Assembly: GCA_965228735.1 (NCBI GenBank)
Contig: OZ245838.1
Location: 2,976,001-3,040,000, forward strand
Length of the DNA: 64,000 bases
Reading direction: 5' to 3'
DNA from: Planctomycetota bacterium
GTDB taxonomy: Bacteria; Planctomycetota; UBA1135; UBA2386
The notes under the pieces are model-generated. The model ran no database searches and was not told the DNA's origin. It saw only the letters and a program-made list of their open reading frames with translations. Position numbers and translations under genes: made by a program. Position 1 is the stretch's first letter, and each line of letters starts with the position of its first letter. Of the stretch, positions 29,376 through 39,209 are shown in pieces.

Positions 29376-29774
29376 ATGCTTCAGAAACTCGGAGCTTCCA
29401 TCGCGATCGTTCTGATCGCGGCTCTCACGTCGGCGTTCATCCAGGACGAAACCGTCCTCCCCGAGTACCTGTGCGAACCGACCAGTGTCTGCGCAGATTA
29501 CGAAGGCCCCCTCACGGCCTGCGCGGTACGCACCTGGGACCTCGATGGCGACGGTATCTGCGAGGAGACGTGCGAGAAGTGCGCGCCGCTCGGCAACAAC
29601 AACCAGGTGGTCTGGACCTGCGAGCGGTTCGAAGAAACCGAGTGCGTCATCGTTCTCGCGGGCGCGAAATGCTCGGGCTTCTGGCTCGTCTCGCCGTGCC
29701 TGAACGGAGTCTGCGCCCATCTCTTCTCGCCCACGACCGATCCGTGCACGTTCGGCGTACCGGACTGCTTCTGA
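29376..29774 (+). CDS. Secreted cysteine-rich small protein (13 Cys)
   Basis: GAGG SD-like site upstream; signal peptide; 13 Cys in about 100 mature residues; DLDGDG motif. Confidence 0.8.
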   Translation: MLQKLGASIAIVLIAALTSAFIQDETVLPEYLCEPTSVCADYEGPLTACAVRTWDLDGDGICEETCEKCAPLGNNNQVVWTCERFEETECVIVLAGAKCSGFWLVSPCLNGVCAHLFSPTTDPCTFGVPDCF

Positions 29775-29804
29775 CCAGACAGTAACGCGACACGGCAACC
29801 AACG

Positions 29805-30494
29805 ATGAAGCCAACGCGAATGCCCTACGTGCTGTTCCTGATCGGCATCGGCCTCTGGGCGGGTGCGCAGTGCGTTTCGAAGAAGCCCCCCATCGCAAGC
29901 CGTGTCGTGGTCGCGGGTGGCCTCCACAAATCGGTGGTGGTCCCCCCGGATCAAGGCCGGCCCACGATCCGCTATCGACTGCACAACAGCGGCGCGGACC
30001 CCGTGGCACGGCCGCACATCCAACGGTCCTGCAACTGCATCGAAGCCACCATCGAGCCCGAGGTGATCCCACCCGGCGGCGACGCCGAGATCGTGCTCGA
30101 GGTGATTCTCGCGCGCCTGGAACGGCAGGCGGGTGAGGGAGTGATCAACGTGCGCTGGTCGGATGGATCCTCCACCCAGCTCTCGTTCGACACCAAGCGT
30201 CAGCGAGTGCCAGCCCTTGCGCTCAGTCCCTCTACCGTCACCAAGCGCGCTGTCGACGCCAACGCGCGCCCCGCCGTGGCGTTCCTTGCCGACTACTTTC
30301 CGGACGAACCTCCGAGCATCCAGGAGTTCGACGTTCGGATGAACAACGATGAGAAGGCACAGCTCGAGAACGTCCGACCAATCGGCAACCACGCCATCGC
30401 CGGCAGCATCGTCCTCGCGGCCCATTCGGTGAGCCAGGGCACGATCGAACTCCAGGCGATGGGCCTGCCTGCAACACGACTTCAGATCCGATGA
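29805..30494 (+). CDS. DUF1573-domain protein, membrane anchored
   Basis: N-terminal TM; LHNSGADPV..IQRSCNCI..IPPGG..I fits the N.G..P..SCGC..IPPG pattern. Confidence 0.72.
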   Translation: MKPTRMPYVLFLIGIGLWAGAQCVSKKPPIASRVVVAGGLHKSVVVPPDQGRPTIRYRLHNSGADPVARPHIQRSCNCIEATIEPEVIPPGGDAEIVLEVILARLERQAGEGVINVRWSDGSSTQLSFDTKRQRVPALALSPSTVTKRAVDANARPAVAFLADYFPDEPPSIQEFDVRMNNDEKAQLENVRPIGNHAIAGSIVLAAHSVSQGTIELQAMGLPATRLQIR

Positions 30495-31594
30495 ACACAT
30501 CGCAACACCTCGTGACGGGCATCTGCATCACCGCCCTGTCCGCCGCCCTGCTCGGTCAGAGCGCGCCGCTCTCGACCATGCAGTCGATGAGCGAGAACTG
30601 CGCACTCGTCCTGGAGGAGTTCCAGACCAGCAAGGTCGAGGTCCTCGGCCGCAACGTGATCCGATACTCCAAACTCGACGACATGGAGCGAATCGAGTGG
30701 TGGGGTGCAAACGGCGAGGGCGAGACCGATCGTCAACCGCTCTCCGAGCTCACGGTCGAAACCGGGCCGACACCGACCGCGATCGCCTCGATCCGGTCGC
30801 TTCCGAACCGGACCCTGGCATTCGACGGTTTCCGCCAGGTCGACTGGTTCCTGAGCCGGAGCAAGCGCGACCCCTCGCGCCGATCCTGGGCCGCGCTCGC
30901 CGCGGCGGAACCGACGCTCCATGATGAGCGCCCCGGCTTCCTGCGGCTCATGGGACTCGGCCGGCTGGGGACGTGGCTCTGGGACGTCGGACCCGACGGG
31001 CGCAAGCCAGTTTGCCGTCAGCTTGCCACCGATCTGCTCATGGTCGGATACCCGGTCGGCGATCCAGAGGCGCATGCCGGGCTCTTCGCCTTCGACCTCA
31101 TCTACCTCGATCGCACCACCGGATTGCCGCAACGAATCGTCGAGCACATGCCCGCGACGCTCCCGCCAGATACGGTCTCCCCGGCGGATCTGGCGGATCT
31201 GGTGTTCTCCGAGATCGAGGTCGAGGAACGACACGCGAACGGCATCCCGCGACGGGCCACCTGGATCCACCGCAGTGCGGAGCTGCTGGACTTCCGTTGG
31301 GTCTGCCACGAGGCGGCACAACCGGGCGGAGCACTGAACGAACTCCTGGCCGACTCTTCGCACTGTCCGGTCGAGGACACGGAATGGCCGATTCGTCGAG
31401 CCGATCAACTGACCGCGGTGGACGACGCTCAGCAACCTCGGGCCCGGGCGCCCGAGCCGACGGCGCACGTAGCGGATCAGGGCGTCGAGATCGGCACCAT
31501 CGGGTTGGCACTCATGATCGTCGGAGGCTGCTGGGCCGCGGTCCGCGCCCTGCTCGACGCGCGGAATCGAAGGGCAAGCGTACGGGTTGCATGA
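30491..31594 (+). CDS. Exported hypothetical protein with C-terminal membrane anchor
   Basis: Signal-like N-terminus; C-terminal IGTIGLALMIVGGCWAAVRALL followed by basic residues; ATGA overlaps at both ends. Confidence 0.65.
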   Translation: MNTSQHLVTGICITALSAALLGQSAPLSTMQSMSENCALVLEEFQTSKVEVLGRNVIRYSKLDDMERIEWWGANGEGETDRQPLSELTVETGPTPTAIASIRSLPNRTLAFDGFRQVDWFLSRSKRDPSRRSWAALAAAEPTLHDERPGFLRLMGLGRLGTWLWDVGPDGRKPVCRQLATDLLMVGYPVGDPEAHAGLFAFDLIYLDRTTGLPQRIVEHMPATLPPDTVSPADLADLVFSEIEVEERHANGIPRRATWIHRSAELLDFRWVCHEAAQPGGALNELLADSSHCPVEDTEWPIRRADQLTAVDDAQQPRARAPEPTAHVADQGVEIGTIGLALMIVGGCWAAVRALLDARNRRASVRVA

Positions 31595-33966
31595 CACGTC
31601 GACTGCGCTGGCTCCCGGCTTCGGTCGCGGTGGTGATCATCCTGGCCACCGCGTGGCTGGCGCTGAGCGGAGCTCTCGACCCATCCGAGCCCGGTCCCAT
31701 CGGTGGTGCGGGCCAGTCCCCGACCCGCCAGGCAGCGCCCGCACCTCGAAGCCCGGCTTCGACGCGCCTCGACCGTTCCGCTGCGGCGCCCGACAGCGCT
31801 CCCGCCGACGAGGAGCTCACGACGACCGGACTGATCGTCCGGGTGACGGACGAGAACGGCTCCCCGCTGGCGGCGGTGCCGGTCCACTGGCAGGTCGACT
31901 CGGACCGTGAAACCCACTCGGACCGGACCGACCGCCAGGGCTTGCTGGTGCAGCACATGGCGGGCGGCCGGATGTTCATCGTCACGGTGGCAGGTCAGAC
32001 CAAGACCGCGAGCAGCCCCGCTCGCGTCGAGTTCGTCGTCGCCACCTTTCGACACCTCGAGATCGCCGTGACGGACCCGCAGGGTGACCCCGTCGCGGAC
32101 GCGACGGTCCTCCTGGGTTCGAAGGAGGTCTCGGCGGCAGGCACGCTGGCAGCCGTCACGGACGCCAGCGGGCACGCTCGGATCGACTCGTTCGACCGAC
32201 GCGACCTGGTGGCGGTCACGAAGGACGGCTGGCGCAGCACCCAGCGCCTGCCCGTGACGGCGGCCACCCCGATTCCCGGCGACGGCCGCCAGCGGCTCGC
32301 GTTCGTGCTCGAACCACTCACGAACGGCGACACCATGCCGGGCCGCGTCGTCGACGCGCTCGGTCGCCCGATCGCTGGGGTTTCGATCCGTTGGCACAGC
32401 GGCGGACGGCGCGAACGGCGAGGCGGTTTCCTGACGCGCCTGCCGGCACCGGACCGGGAACTCAGCGACCGAGCCGGTCGGTTCACGATACGCCATTGCG
32501 GCCGGCCCGGGCGATTGGTCGCGCGCAAGAACGGGCTCGCCGACGTCTCGCGAACCATCGCGGCGGCCGACCTCGACACCTCGATCCTGGAGATCACGAT
32601 GGTGGCGGAGTCGACGATCACGGGCTGGGTCCGCGACACGGCCGGCCAGGCGGTCGCCGGCGCGACGATCGTGGGGGCCGGGACCGATGGCATCGAATCC
32701 ACCGCGCTAGCCGACGCAGCCGGCCGATTCGTGCTTAGTGGACTCAGTCCCATGCCCTCTCGATCGGAGTCCGGCCCCAAGGCCGAATCCGAGTCGGGGG
32801 TCCGGGTCGCCGCGTTCCATCCGATCCACGGCGCCGCGCGCGCGTGGGTCCCGTGCTCCCACGCCTCGAGTGCGACCGTGAGCCTCACGCTGGCCGGCAC
32901 CCGGATCCGCGGTCGGACTCGGCGAGGCCCGACTCCGGTGATCGGCGCGCGCATCCGGATCCAGGGCACGGTCCCGAGTTGGCGCGGGGAAGGCTGGGAC
33001 CACGAGGGCTACGAAGTCGAGTCCACGGCACCGGACGGCGAGTTCGTGATCGTTCGGCCGAACAGCGGTCGCTGGCGGCTCGTGGCCACTCCCCCGGACC
33101 GAGCAGAGGCTGTCGCCATCCCGGTGGAGTGGCAGGGCTCGCGCCTGCCGCAATACCTCGACATCGACCTGGCCGTGGCGGAGGCCGACGCGGGGACGGT
33201 TCGCCTGACCGTCGTCGGCGACGGCGGCGAACCGATCGACAGCTACTACCTCAGGCTGCGGCAAGAGGACGGTAAGGGAACGCAGTCCTTCTACTGTGGC
33301 GCCGAAGACGGCGGACTCGAGGCAAGGGTCCGGTCCGGAACCTACCGCGTCGCCATCAGCCCGCGCGGCGGTGGACTGGTGCAGGTCGTCGGCGAGGTCA
33401 CGATCGCGCCGAACGCGGTCGCCGACCTGGGTGAGGTTCGCGTCGCCGGGCCAGGGACGCTCCGAGGCACCCTCCAGCCCCCCGCCGGGACCACCGTGCC
33501 AGACGCCGTCTTCGGCCGCATCGTCGCCAAGAACCGCTCACCGATCGTCCACACTTGGACCGGTCCGTTCGGCCGCTGGCAAATGGACCATCTCGCACCC
33601 GGGCGCTACGAACTCGCGCCGGGAGAGCGATCGCTGATCGACTTCGAGCCACGGTCGATCGAGATCGGCCCCGGCGACAACGAGGAGATCCAGCTGTTCG
33701 GCCGCCCATGTTGGCGCGGCAGGGTCGAGGTTCTCCTGCCCGAGTCGAGCCTCGGCATCTGGTCGATACGGTACGAGAACTGCCACGGCGTGCCCGAACA
33801 ACGGATGTTCGACGCCAGTTCGGCCGTGAACGGCGTCGCCCGAATCGACGGCGTCCATCTGCGGCCCGGCGTCTCGAACGTCAGGGTCGACCGCCCCGGT
33901 GGCGCTGCCACCGATCACGAAGTGCAGACGACGGGAGCCCGCTTCTTGCGGCTGGACCTGCGATGA
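31591..33966 (+). CDS. Membrane-anchored carboxypeptidase-regulatory-like (SdrD_B-like) repeat protein
   Basis: N-terminal TM; repeated V.D..G.P.A.A.V...TD..G.F modules; ATGA overlaps. Confidence 0.78.
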   Translation: MTRRLRWLPASVAVVIILATAWLALSGALDPSEPGPIGGAGQSPTRQAAPAPRSPASTRLDRSAAAPDSAPADEELTTTGLIVRVTDENGSPLAAVPVHWQVDSDRETHSDRTDRQGLLVQHMAGGRMFIVTVAGQTKTASSPARVEFVVATFRHLEIAVTDPQGDPVADATVLLGSKEVSAAGTLAAVTDASGHARIDSFDRRDLVAVTKDGWRSTQRLPVTAATPIPGDGRQRLAFVLEPLTNGDTMPGRVVDALGRPIAGVSIRWHSGGRRERRGGFLTRLPAPDRELSDRAGRFTIRHCGRPGRLVARKNGLADVSRTIAAADLDTSILEITMVAESTITGWVRDTAGQAVAGATIVGAGTDGIESTALADAAGRFVLSGLSPMPSRSESGPKAESESGVRVAAFHPIHGAARAWVPCSHASSATVSLTLAGTRIRGRTRRGPTPVIGARIRIQGTVPSWRGEGWDHEGYEVESTAPDGEFVIVRPNSGRWRLVATPPDRAEAVAIPVEWQGSRLPQYLDIDLAVAEADAGTVRLTVVGDGGEPIDSYYLRLRQEDGKGTQSFYCGAEDGGLEARVRSGTYRVAISPRGGGLVQVVGEVTIAPNAVADLGEVRVAGPGTLRGTLQPPAGTTVPDAVFGRIVAKNRSPIVHTWTGPFGRWQMDHLAPGRYELAPGERSLIDFEPRSIEIGPGDNEEIQLFGRPCWRGRVEVLLPESSLGIWSIRYENCHGVPEQRMFDASSAVNGVARIDGVHLRPGVSNVRVDRPGGAATDHEVQTTGARFLRLDLR

Positions 33967-34796
33967 GCGGTGCGACAGGTCACTCGCAACGCGGCCTGGT
34001 CGAGGTGCTCGCCACCAGCGGCTGGGGGGCGCTGCTGGTCTTCGGAGGCGCCGCCAAGCTCCGGCGGTGCGACCCGCGAGATGCGCACGTCACCTGGCTG
34101 ATCGAACAGGTGCTGCCCGGCGTGGCCTGTGAAGTCCTGATCGCACTCGAGTTCACGCTCGGCGCCGTCATTCTGTTCGGCCCCCGCACGCGGGCGTTCT
34201 GGCTGAGTTGCGTCACCGGCGGGATCTGTGTGCTGGCCCACATCGGACTCTGGTTCGTCAACGGCAACGTCGATTGCGGGTGCCTCGGTGAAGTCCGGGT
34301 CTCGCACGTGATCATGGCGGTGACTGCCGGCAGCCTCGTCGCCTTGGCAGCGCTCGGTCGAACTCGGGGACCGGTCGTGCCAGGAGCAGAACGAGCCGCT
34401 CCCGTCGCCGCCATTGGCCTGGCGCTCGCGCTTGCCTTCTGGGTCGGCGGCAACACGACATCACCGAGTCGGTGGCTGCCGCTGCTGGACGGGTTCGCTG
34501 CGAGCGGGGACATCGTGCTCTTCGGATCCTCGTCATGCGAGGTATGCACGGCGATCACGAGCCACGGCGGCATGCTGGTCGAAGGCCGCGAGTATCCGCT
34601 CGAAGCAGTCGTCCTGGTCCATCGGCGGGGCGATGGGACGGTCCACGGCCATGAGCTCTACAAAGGCAACGTCACGATTCCCGAGCCCGCATGGTGGGCC
34701 GCGGTCGGGGCCGCAGCTCCCGCTGCCTACGAGATCACGGCGGCCGGGGCACGTCGCGTCGAAGTCAGCCGATCGCAACTCCGGCGTAGCCGCTGA
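33963..34796 (+). CDS. MauE/DoxX-family redox membrane protein with C-terminal CxxC domain
   Basis: LLVFGGAAKL, LEFTLG, VDCGCLG in TM region; SSCEVC in C-terminal soluble part. Confidence 0.72.
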   Translation: MSGATGHSQRGLVEVLATSGWGALLVFGGAAKLRRCDPRDAHVTWLIEQVLPGVACEVLIALEFTLGAVILFGPRTRAFWLSCVTGGICVLAHIGLWFVNGNVDCGCLGEVRVSHVIMAVTAGSLVALAALGRTRGPVVPGAERAAPVAAIGLALALAFWVGGNTTSPSRWLPLLDGFAASGDIVLFGSSSCEVCTAITSHGGMLVEGREYPLEAVVLVHRRGDGTVHGHELYKGNVTIPEPAWWAAVGAAAPAAYEITAAGARRVEVSRSQLRRSR

Positions 34797-34886
34797 TCCA
34801 CGCGCATCGGTTCGGCTTCGGACGAACGCCGCGATCGTCGCATGCCACCTCGACGGCGGCAGCGACTCGCACGAGCTTGCGCTTGC

Positions 34887-37544
34887 TCACAGCGCGATGT
34901 CATTGACATCGTCGTAGCGCAACTGCAGCGGGATCCGGTGGACGACCTCGTCGTCGTCGTTCAGCAGCTGCAGTTCGACCGCCGTGTCCGGCACCTGGTA
35001 GACGGGTGAGCCACCCGATCGCACGGCCAGCCGGCGGAACGAGGAGATGACGTCCGGGCGGTGGACCGTGGTCACGATGGCCTGGCCCGCGGCATCCACG
35101 ACCTGCAGCTGCGTCACGCCGGCGGGGAACGTTCCGACGAGGCGGAACTTGCCCTGGCGCGCGACGACGATGCGCCCGTCGGCCCCGGGCGCGGGCACGT
35201 CGTGCGTGCCATCGACGATCCCGGGGCCGGTGAGCCACAGCCGCACCCCGCGCTGCGGACAATCGGTCACGCGCCACCGCCCTGCTGCATCGGTGCTCCC
35301 GGCCCGCGGCAGGGAGATGAACGTCGAGCTCGACGGTCCGCGCTCCGTCGTCGCGGTCACCGCGACCCGCACACCCTCGACCGGCTGGCCGAAACGGTCG
35401 ACGACCATGCCCGACAGCTCCGGCAGGATCGCGTCGACCGGCGCGCGCAGCACGACGTCGGTCGACCCGGCGGCAATCGGACCCGACTCGATCACGAGCA
35501 GCGACGTCGGTTCGACGATACGCAGCGAATACTCGCGCGGCAGGAGCGAGCCGATCTCGAAGGACCCGTCCGCGCCCGTCAACCACTCGCCGCCGCGCTG
35601 CCGCCCGTCGAGCCAGGCCTCGAGCGAACCGGTGAACGTGCCCCACGTCGTGCCGTCGTCGAGATAGACGTTGGCCTTCGCGAGTGGCTCGCCGTCCGGA
35701 CCGAGTGCGCGGCCACGGATCGTGAGCGGCTCGCCGCCGAGCGTCAGTGTCAGGTCCCGCCCGGCCGCGCGGTCGGCGCGCAACCGCGGCGCCAGCCCGT
35801 CCATGACCGCCGGCTGGAAGCCGACGAGGTGCGCCGTCACGGGTCCATCGAACCCGCTGCCGCCGATCTCGAACTCGAACCGCCCGTTCGCGTCGGCGGT
35901 CGCTCCCGTGCTGCCGAAGCGCACGTAGGCCTCGGCCGCGGGTCGACCGTCCGCGTGCCGGACGACGCCGGACACGATGGTGCGCTCGCTCGCCGGCGCG
36001 GCCCGCAGGGTCCAGGTGACGGGCGGCACGACCTCGTCCGCCGGAGTCGACAGCGTCACGTGACCGCGCTTCTGCGCCGTGACCCGCAGCAGCGCGTGGG
36101 CCGGAACCGTCCCGAGGTCGAACGTCCCGTCCGCGCTCGAGCTGTCGCTGAACGATCGATACCCCGACGAGTGCTCGAACCGCTGCGCGATGCCGGGCAG
36201 CGACTCGATGCTGTAGCCGACGCTGACGTACGCATCGTCGATCCCCGCCCCGTGGTCGTCGACGATGCGACCCGCAACGTGAACGGCCGGCCCGACGATC
36301 ATCGTCACCTGGCGGTCGTTCGGCAGCACGCCGTAGCCGTAGAGGATCCAGTCCGTCCCTGCGATGCGCAGATACTCGGCTTCGTCCGTGCCGACGATCT
36401 CGAACTGCCCGCGGCCATCGGTCGCGGCGCGCGGCCGCGTCGCCGTGCCGAGGAGCAACTGCTCGACGAACTCCGCATCGTGGCCGAACTGGCTCGCGAA
36501 ATGACGCCGCGCGGGTTCGATGGTGCGCAGCTGCTGCAGGTGGCCAGGCTCGAGCGTCATCGACATGTTCGGCCAACGCAGCTCGTTGCCGACGAGCTGC
36601 GGCAACTTCGGATCGAAGTGCACGACCTCGATGCCGGGCAGCGGCCGACCATCGACGGTCAGCACCTGACCCGCGAAGCGACCGCCCTCGGTCGGCGCGT
36701 CGACGTCCGTAGTCGATTCCGCAGCGGTCGCGACCGCTTCCCGCGTGGGTCTCGGATCCGCCGCGACGTCGGCGCGTTGGACGTTCGCCGCCGCCGTTGC
36801 CGTGGACCGGCCGGTCGAATCCGGCACGGGCTCGCGCCAGTCGACGCCGATGACTTCGAGACCGAGAACGAGCGCCAGCACGGCGCCCACGAGCGGCAAC
36901 ATCCACTTCATCGTGAGGCTCCCCAGGAGAACGATCATGGGAACGCCAGCACCGGCCGCAGCAGCGGTCGCCTTCGCCGCCCCGCGGGCGGAGAACAGCG
37001 GCAGCAACGCGGCACACCAGGCCTGCCGGTCGCCGAACTCGTCGTCGAGCCGCGCCCGCATGCGCTCGAGCCCGCGCTGGAGCTGCGTGCGCACCGTGTT
37101 CACGGGGCGGTCGAGACGTTCGGCGATCTGCCGCGGCTCGAGGTCGTCGAAGAAGCGGAGCAGCACCACGGTGTGATACGGCTCGTCGAGCTCGAACAGC
37201 TCGTCGACGAGGCGCTTGTGCGCGGCCGCGCGTTGCGCGGCCTCGGCCGGATCGTCGCTCGGGTCGTGCGCGCGAGCGGCCACCGATTCGGCGGCGACCG
37301 TTGCCTCACGACGACGACGACGACCGTCCTGGCGACCAAACCCGCGCGCGGCGTTCTTCGCGACCCGCGCGAGCCAACCCTTGGGATTGGTCAACGCGCG
37401 GGGCGGCCGCGTCATGGCCTCGAGCATCGTCTGCTGCGCGACGTCGTCGGCGCGCGAAGGATCGGCCACGAGGCTGCGCGCGAGCGCGCGGACCCAGTCC
37501 TGGTGGGCGAGCAGAGTGGCGATGGTCGAATCGGTTCCGGTCAT
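34887..37544 (-). CDS. ECF sigma factor fused via TM segment to carboxypeptidase-regulatory-like repeats
   Basis: WVRALARSLVAD..ADDVAQQT..GWLARVAKN (sigma2); LDEPYHTVVLLRFF..IAERL..TVRTQLQRGL (sigma4); TM; G.V.D..G.P..TD..G.F repeats. Confidence 0.88.
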   Translation of the reverse strand: MTGTDSTIATLLAHQDWVRALARSLVADPSRADDVAQQTMLEAMTRPPRALTNPKGWLARVAKNAARGFGRQDGRRRRREATVAAESVAARAHDPSDDPAEAAQRAAAHKRLVDELFELDEPYHTVVLLRFFDDLEPRQIAERLDRPVNTVRTQLQRGLERMRARLDDEFGDRQAWCAALLPLFSARGAAKATAAAAGAGVPMIVLLGSLTMKWMLPLVGAVLALVLGLEVIGVDWREPVPDSTGRSTATAAANVQRADVAADPRPTREAVATAAESTTDVDAPTEGGRFAGQVLTVDGRPLPGIEVVHFDPKLPQLVGNELRWPNMSMTLEPGHLQQLRTIEPARRHFASQFGHDAEFVEQLLLGTATRPRAATDGRGQFEIVGTDEAEYLRIAGTDWILYGYGVLPNDRQVTMIVGPAVHVAGRIVDDHGAGIDDAYVSVGYSIESLPGIAQRFEHSSGYRSFSDSSSADGTFDLGTVPAHALLRVTAQKRGHVTLSTPADEVVPPVTWTLRAAPASERTIVSGVVRHADGRPAAEAYVRFGSTGATADANGRFEFEIGGSGFDGPVTAHLVGFQPAVMDGLAPRLRADRAAGRDLTLTLGGEPLTIRGRALGPDGEPLAKANVYLDDGTTWGTFTGSLEAWLDGRQRGGEWLTGADGSFEIGSLLPREYSLRIVEPTSLLVIESGPIAAGSTDVVLRAPVDAILPELSGMVVDRFGQPVEGVRVAVTATTERGPSSSTFISLPRAGSTDAAGRWRVTDCPQRGVRLWLTGPGIVDGTHDVPAPGADGRIVVARQGKFRLVGTFPAGVTQLQVVDAAGQAIVTTVHRPDVISSFRRLAVRSGGSPVYQVPDTAVELQLLNDDDEVVHRIPLQLRYDDVNDIAL

Positions 37545-37648
37545 GGCGTTCACGACCCCAGTGCCGCGGGGCCGCGAGCGGACTCACGAATACCCCGATT
37601 CTACCCCGACCTCGGCCAGGATCTCGCAAGACCCGACTGACAAGGTGG

Positions 37649-38929
37649 TTACGACCAGGCGTCGAGCAGCCGCCGGCACTCGGCGAGCAGCCAATCGGAC
37701 TCTTCGAACGGCCGCAGGCTGATGTCCTGCCACAGGATGCGCCCCTTCGGATCGACGAGGAACGTGCCGTGCAGCGCTTCGTCCGAGAACTCGTCCCAGC
37801 AGTTCCACTGCTTGAACACCGCGCCCTGCGGGTCGCACAGGACTTCGAAGTGCAGCGGATCGACGCCGTTCTCCTGCGCCGCCTGCCACGCCGCGCGCAC
37901 GGCGTTCTGATCGTCGGTGCCGATCGTCACGACCTCGATCCCGGCGGCGTTGAACTTCGGGGTCTTGGGTTCCAGCTCGACCAGCTGGGCGACGCAGTGC
38001 GCTCAACCAAAGCCGAGGAAGAACACGACGAGCACGGGTTTGCCCGCGTAGTCGGCGAGCTTGCCGCGACCGTTGAGGCCGCGGGGGAGATCGAATGCCG
38101 GGGCCTGCTGCGGCTGCCATTCCAAGCCGTCCTCACTGCCACCCATCAGGACCGTCAGCTTCGACAAGTGGCCGTCCGGGAGCCAAAGCCGTGGGAAGTG
38201 CAGCTGCGGATGCCGCGGCAGCCGCGGCGCCACCCGCGTGTTCAGGTCCAGGCGCGCACTACCGAGGCCGCCCACGGACTCGCTGTAGCCGGGAACCAGG
38301 AACGGCATCGCGGCCATCCGCCGCATGTAGCCGTTGGCCGCCGAGTAGAACGCTTCGAACGTCGCCAGCGATGGTGACGAGTCACCATCGCAGCCCGCCC
38401 TCGTCTTGGGCCCCAATGTTCGAGCCTGCTCGAATCCCGCGAGCCTCGCGGCCAACGAGCCGTCGATCTCGCGCAGCCGCGCAATCAGCGTCTCGGCACG
38501 CTCGACGGGCTCCTTCTGAAAACCCGCATCGACGAGCTCCGGCTGCCGATCGACTCCGAAGTACTCCCGATACGCTGCGACGATGGCCGCTTCGGGCGCC
38601 GGCGCCTTGCCGACGAACTTGTTCGCCTGCCACACGAGCCGCGCCGCGCGGTTGTTGTTCGACCGCAACGACAGCGCGAGCCCGAGATGCGCGATCGCCC
38701 GCTCCGGCTCGCGATGCGCGAGCTCGCGGAACATGCGGGCCGCCTCCCAGCCCCAACCCGCGGCGAGCCGTTCGAGGCCCGCGTCGAGCAGTTCGGTGCT
38801 CGACAATGCCGGATCCGGCCGGCGCCACGGCAGGTCCCGCGCCAGATCCTGCGCTCGCAACGGTGCTACCGCGCACGTCACGAGCAGCACGACCGTCGCG
38901 ACGGCGCGGAAACGAACTTCGGTTCGCAT
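37649..38929 (-). CDS. Putative selenoprotein: signal peptide + TPR-like region + AhpC/TSA redoxin with UxxC (UGA read-through at 38005-38003)
   Basis: APAFDLP..LADYAGKPVLVVFFLGFG-TGA-AHCVAQL..GIEVVTIGTD..LCDP..HGTFLVDPKGRILWQD in one frame; joins track ORFs 38003..38929 and 37649..37930. Confidence 0.85.
37972..37988 (-). promoter_or_regulatory. Candidate bacterial SECIS hairpin
   Basis: Minus strand CCAGCT-GGTCG-AGCTGG, 6-bp perfect stem from +15 after the UGA, loop starting GG at +21. Confidence 0.65.
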
Positions 38930-39209
38930 GCGGAAAGCTTAGCCTCGGCGGCGCTTCCGACCACCGGCGCCGCCGTCACGATCGCGTCCCGAAACCTTAC
39001 CGTGGCACGCCGCTATAGTCGGGCGCACTTGCCGGCACTCGCGCCGGCCAACCTCGTCCCTTCTCGCCCCATCGTGCCGGACCGCCCTCCGAGGCGGCGC
39101 GCGGCCACTTTTCTCAGAATCCGACAACTTCGCGAACCGGTCCCGACACCGATGTTCCGAAGCGGCCCCCTCGAAGGCCACTCGCCCCCGATTCTCCCGA
39201 TATCTACCG

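Noticed and set aside
29772..29807. TGA ending the Cys-rich ORF is in frame with the DUF1573 gene (possible Sec read-through fusion)
   Set aside because: No SECIS-like hairpin follows, the codon is not in a redox motif, the downstream protein has its own N-terminal TM, and in-frame spacing occurs by chance one time in three
38003..38005. Nonsense mutation/pseudogene reading of the redoxin
   Set aside because: The stop is TGA exactly at the redox Cys position, is followed by a SECIS-like hairpin, and both halves are otherwise intact; selenocysteine is the better explanation
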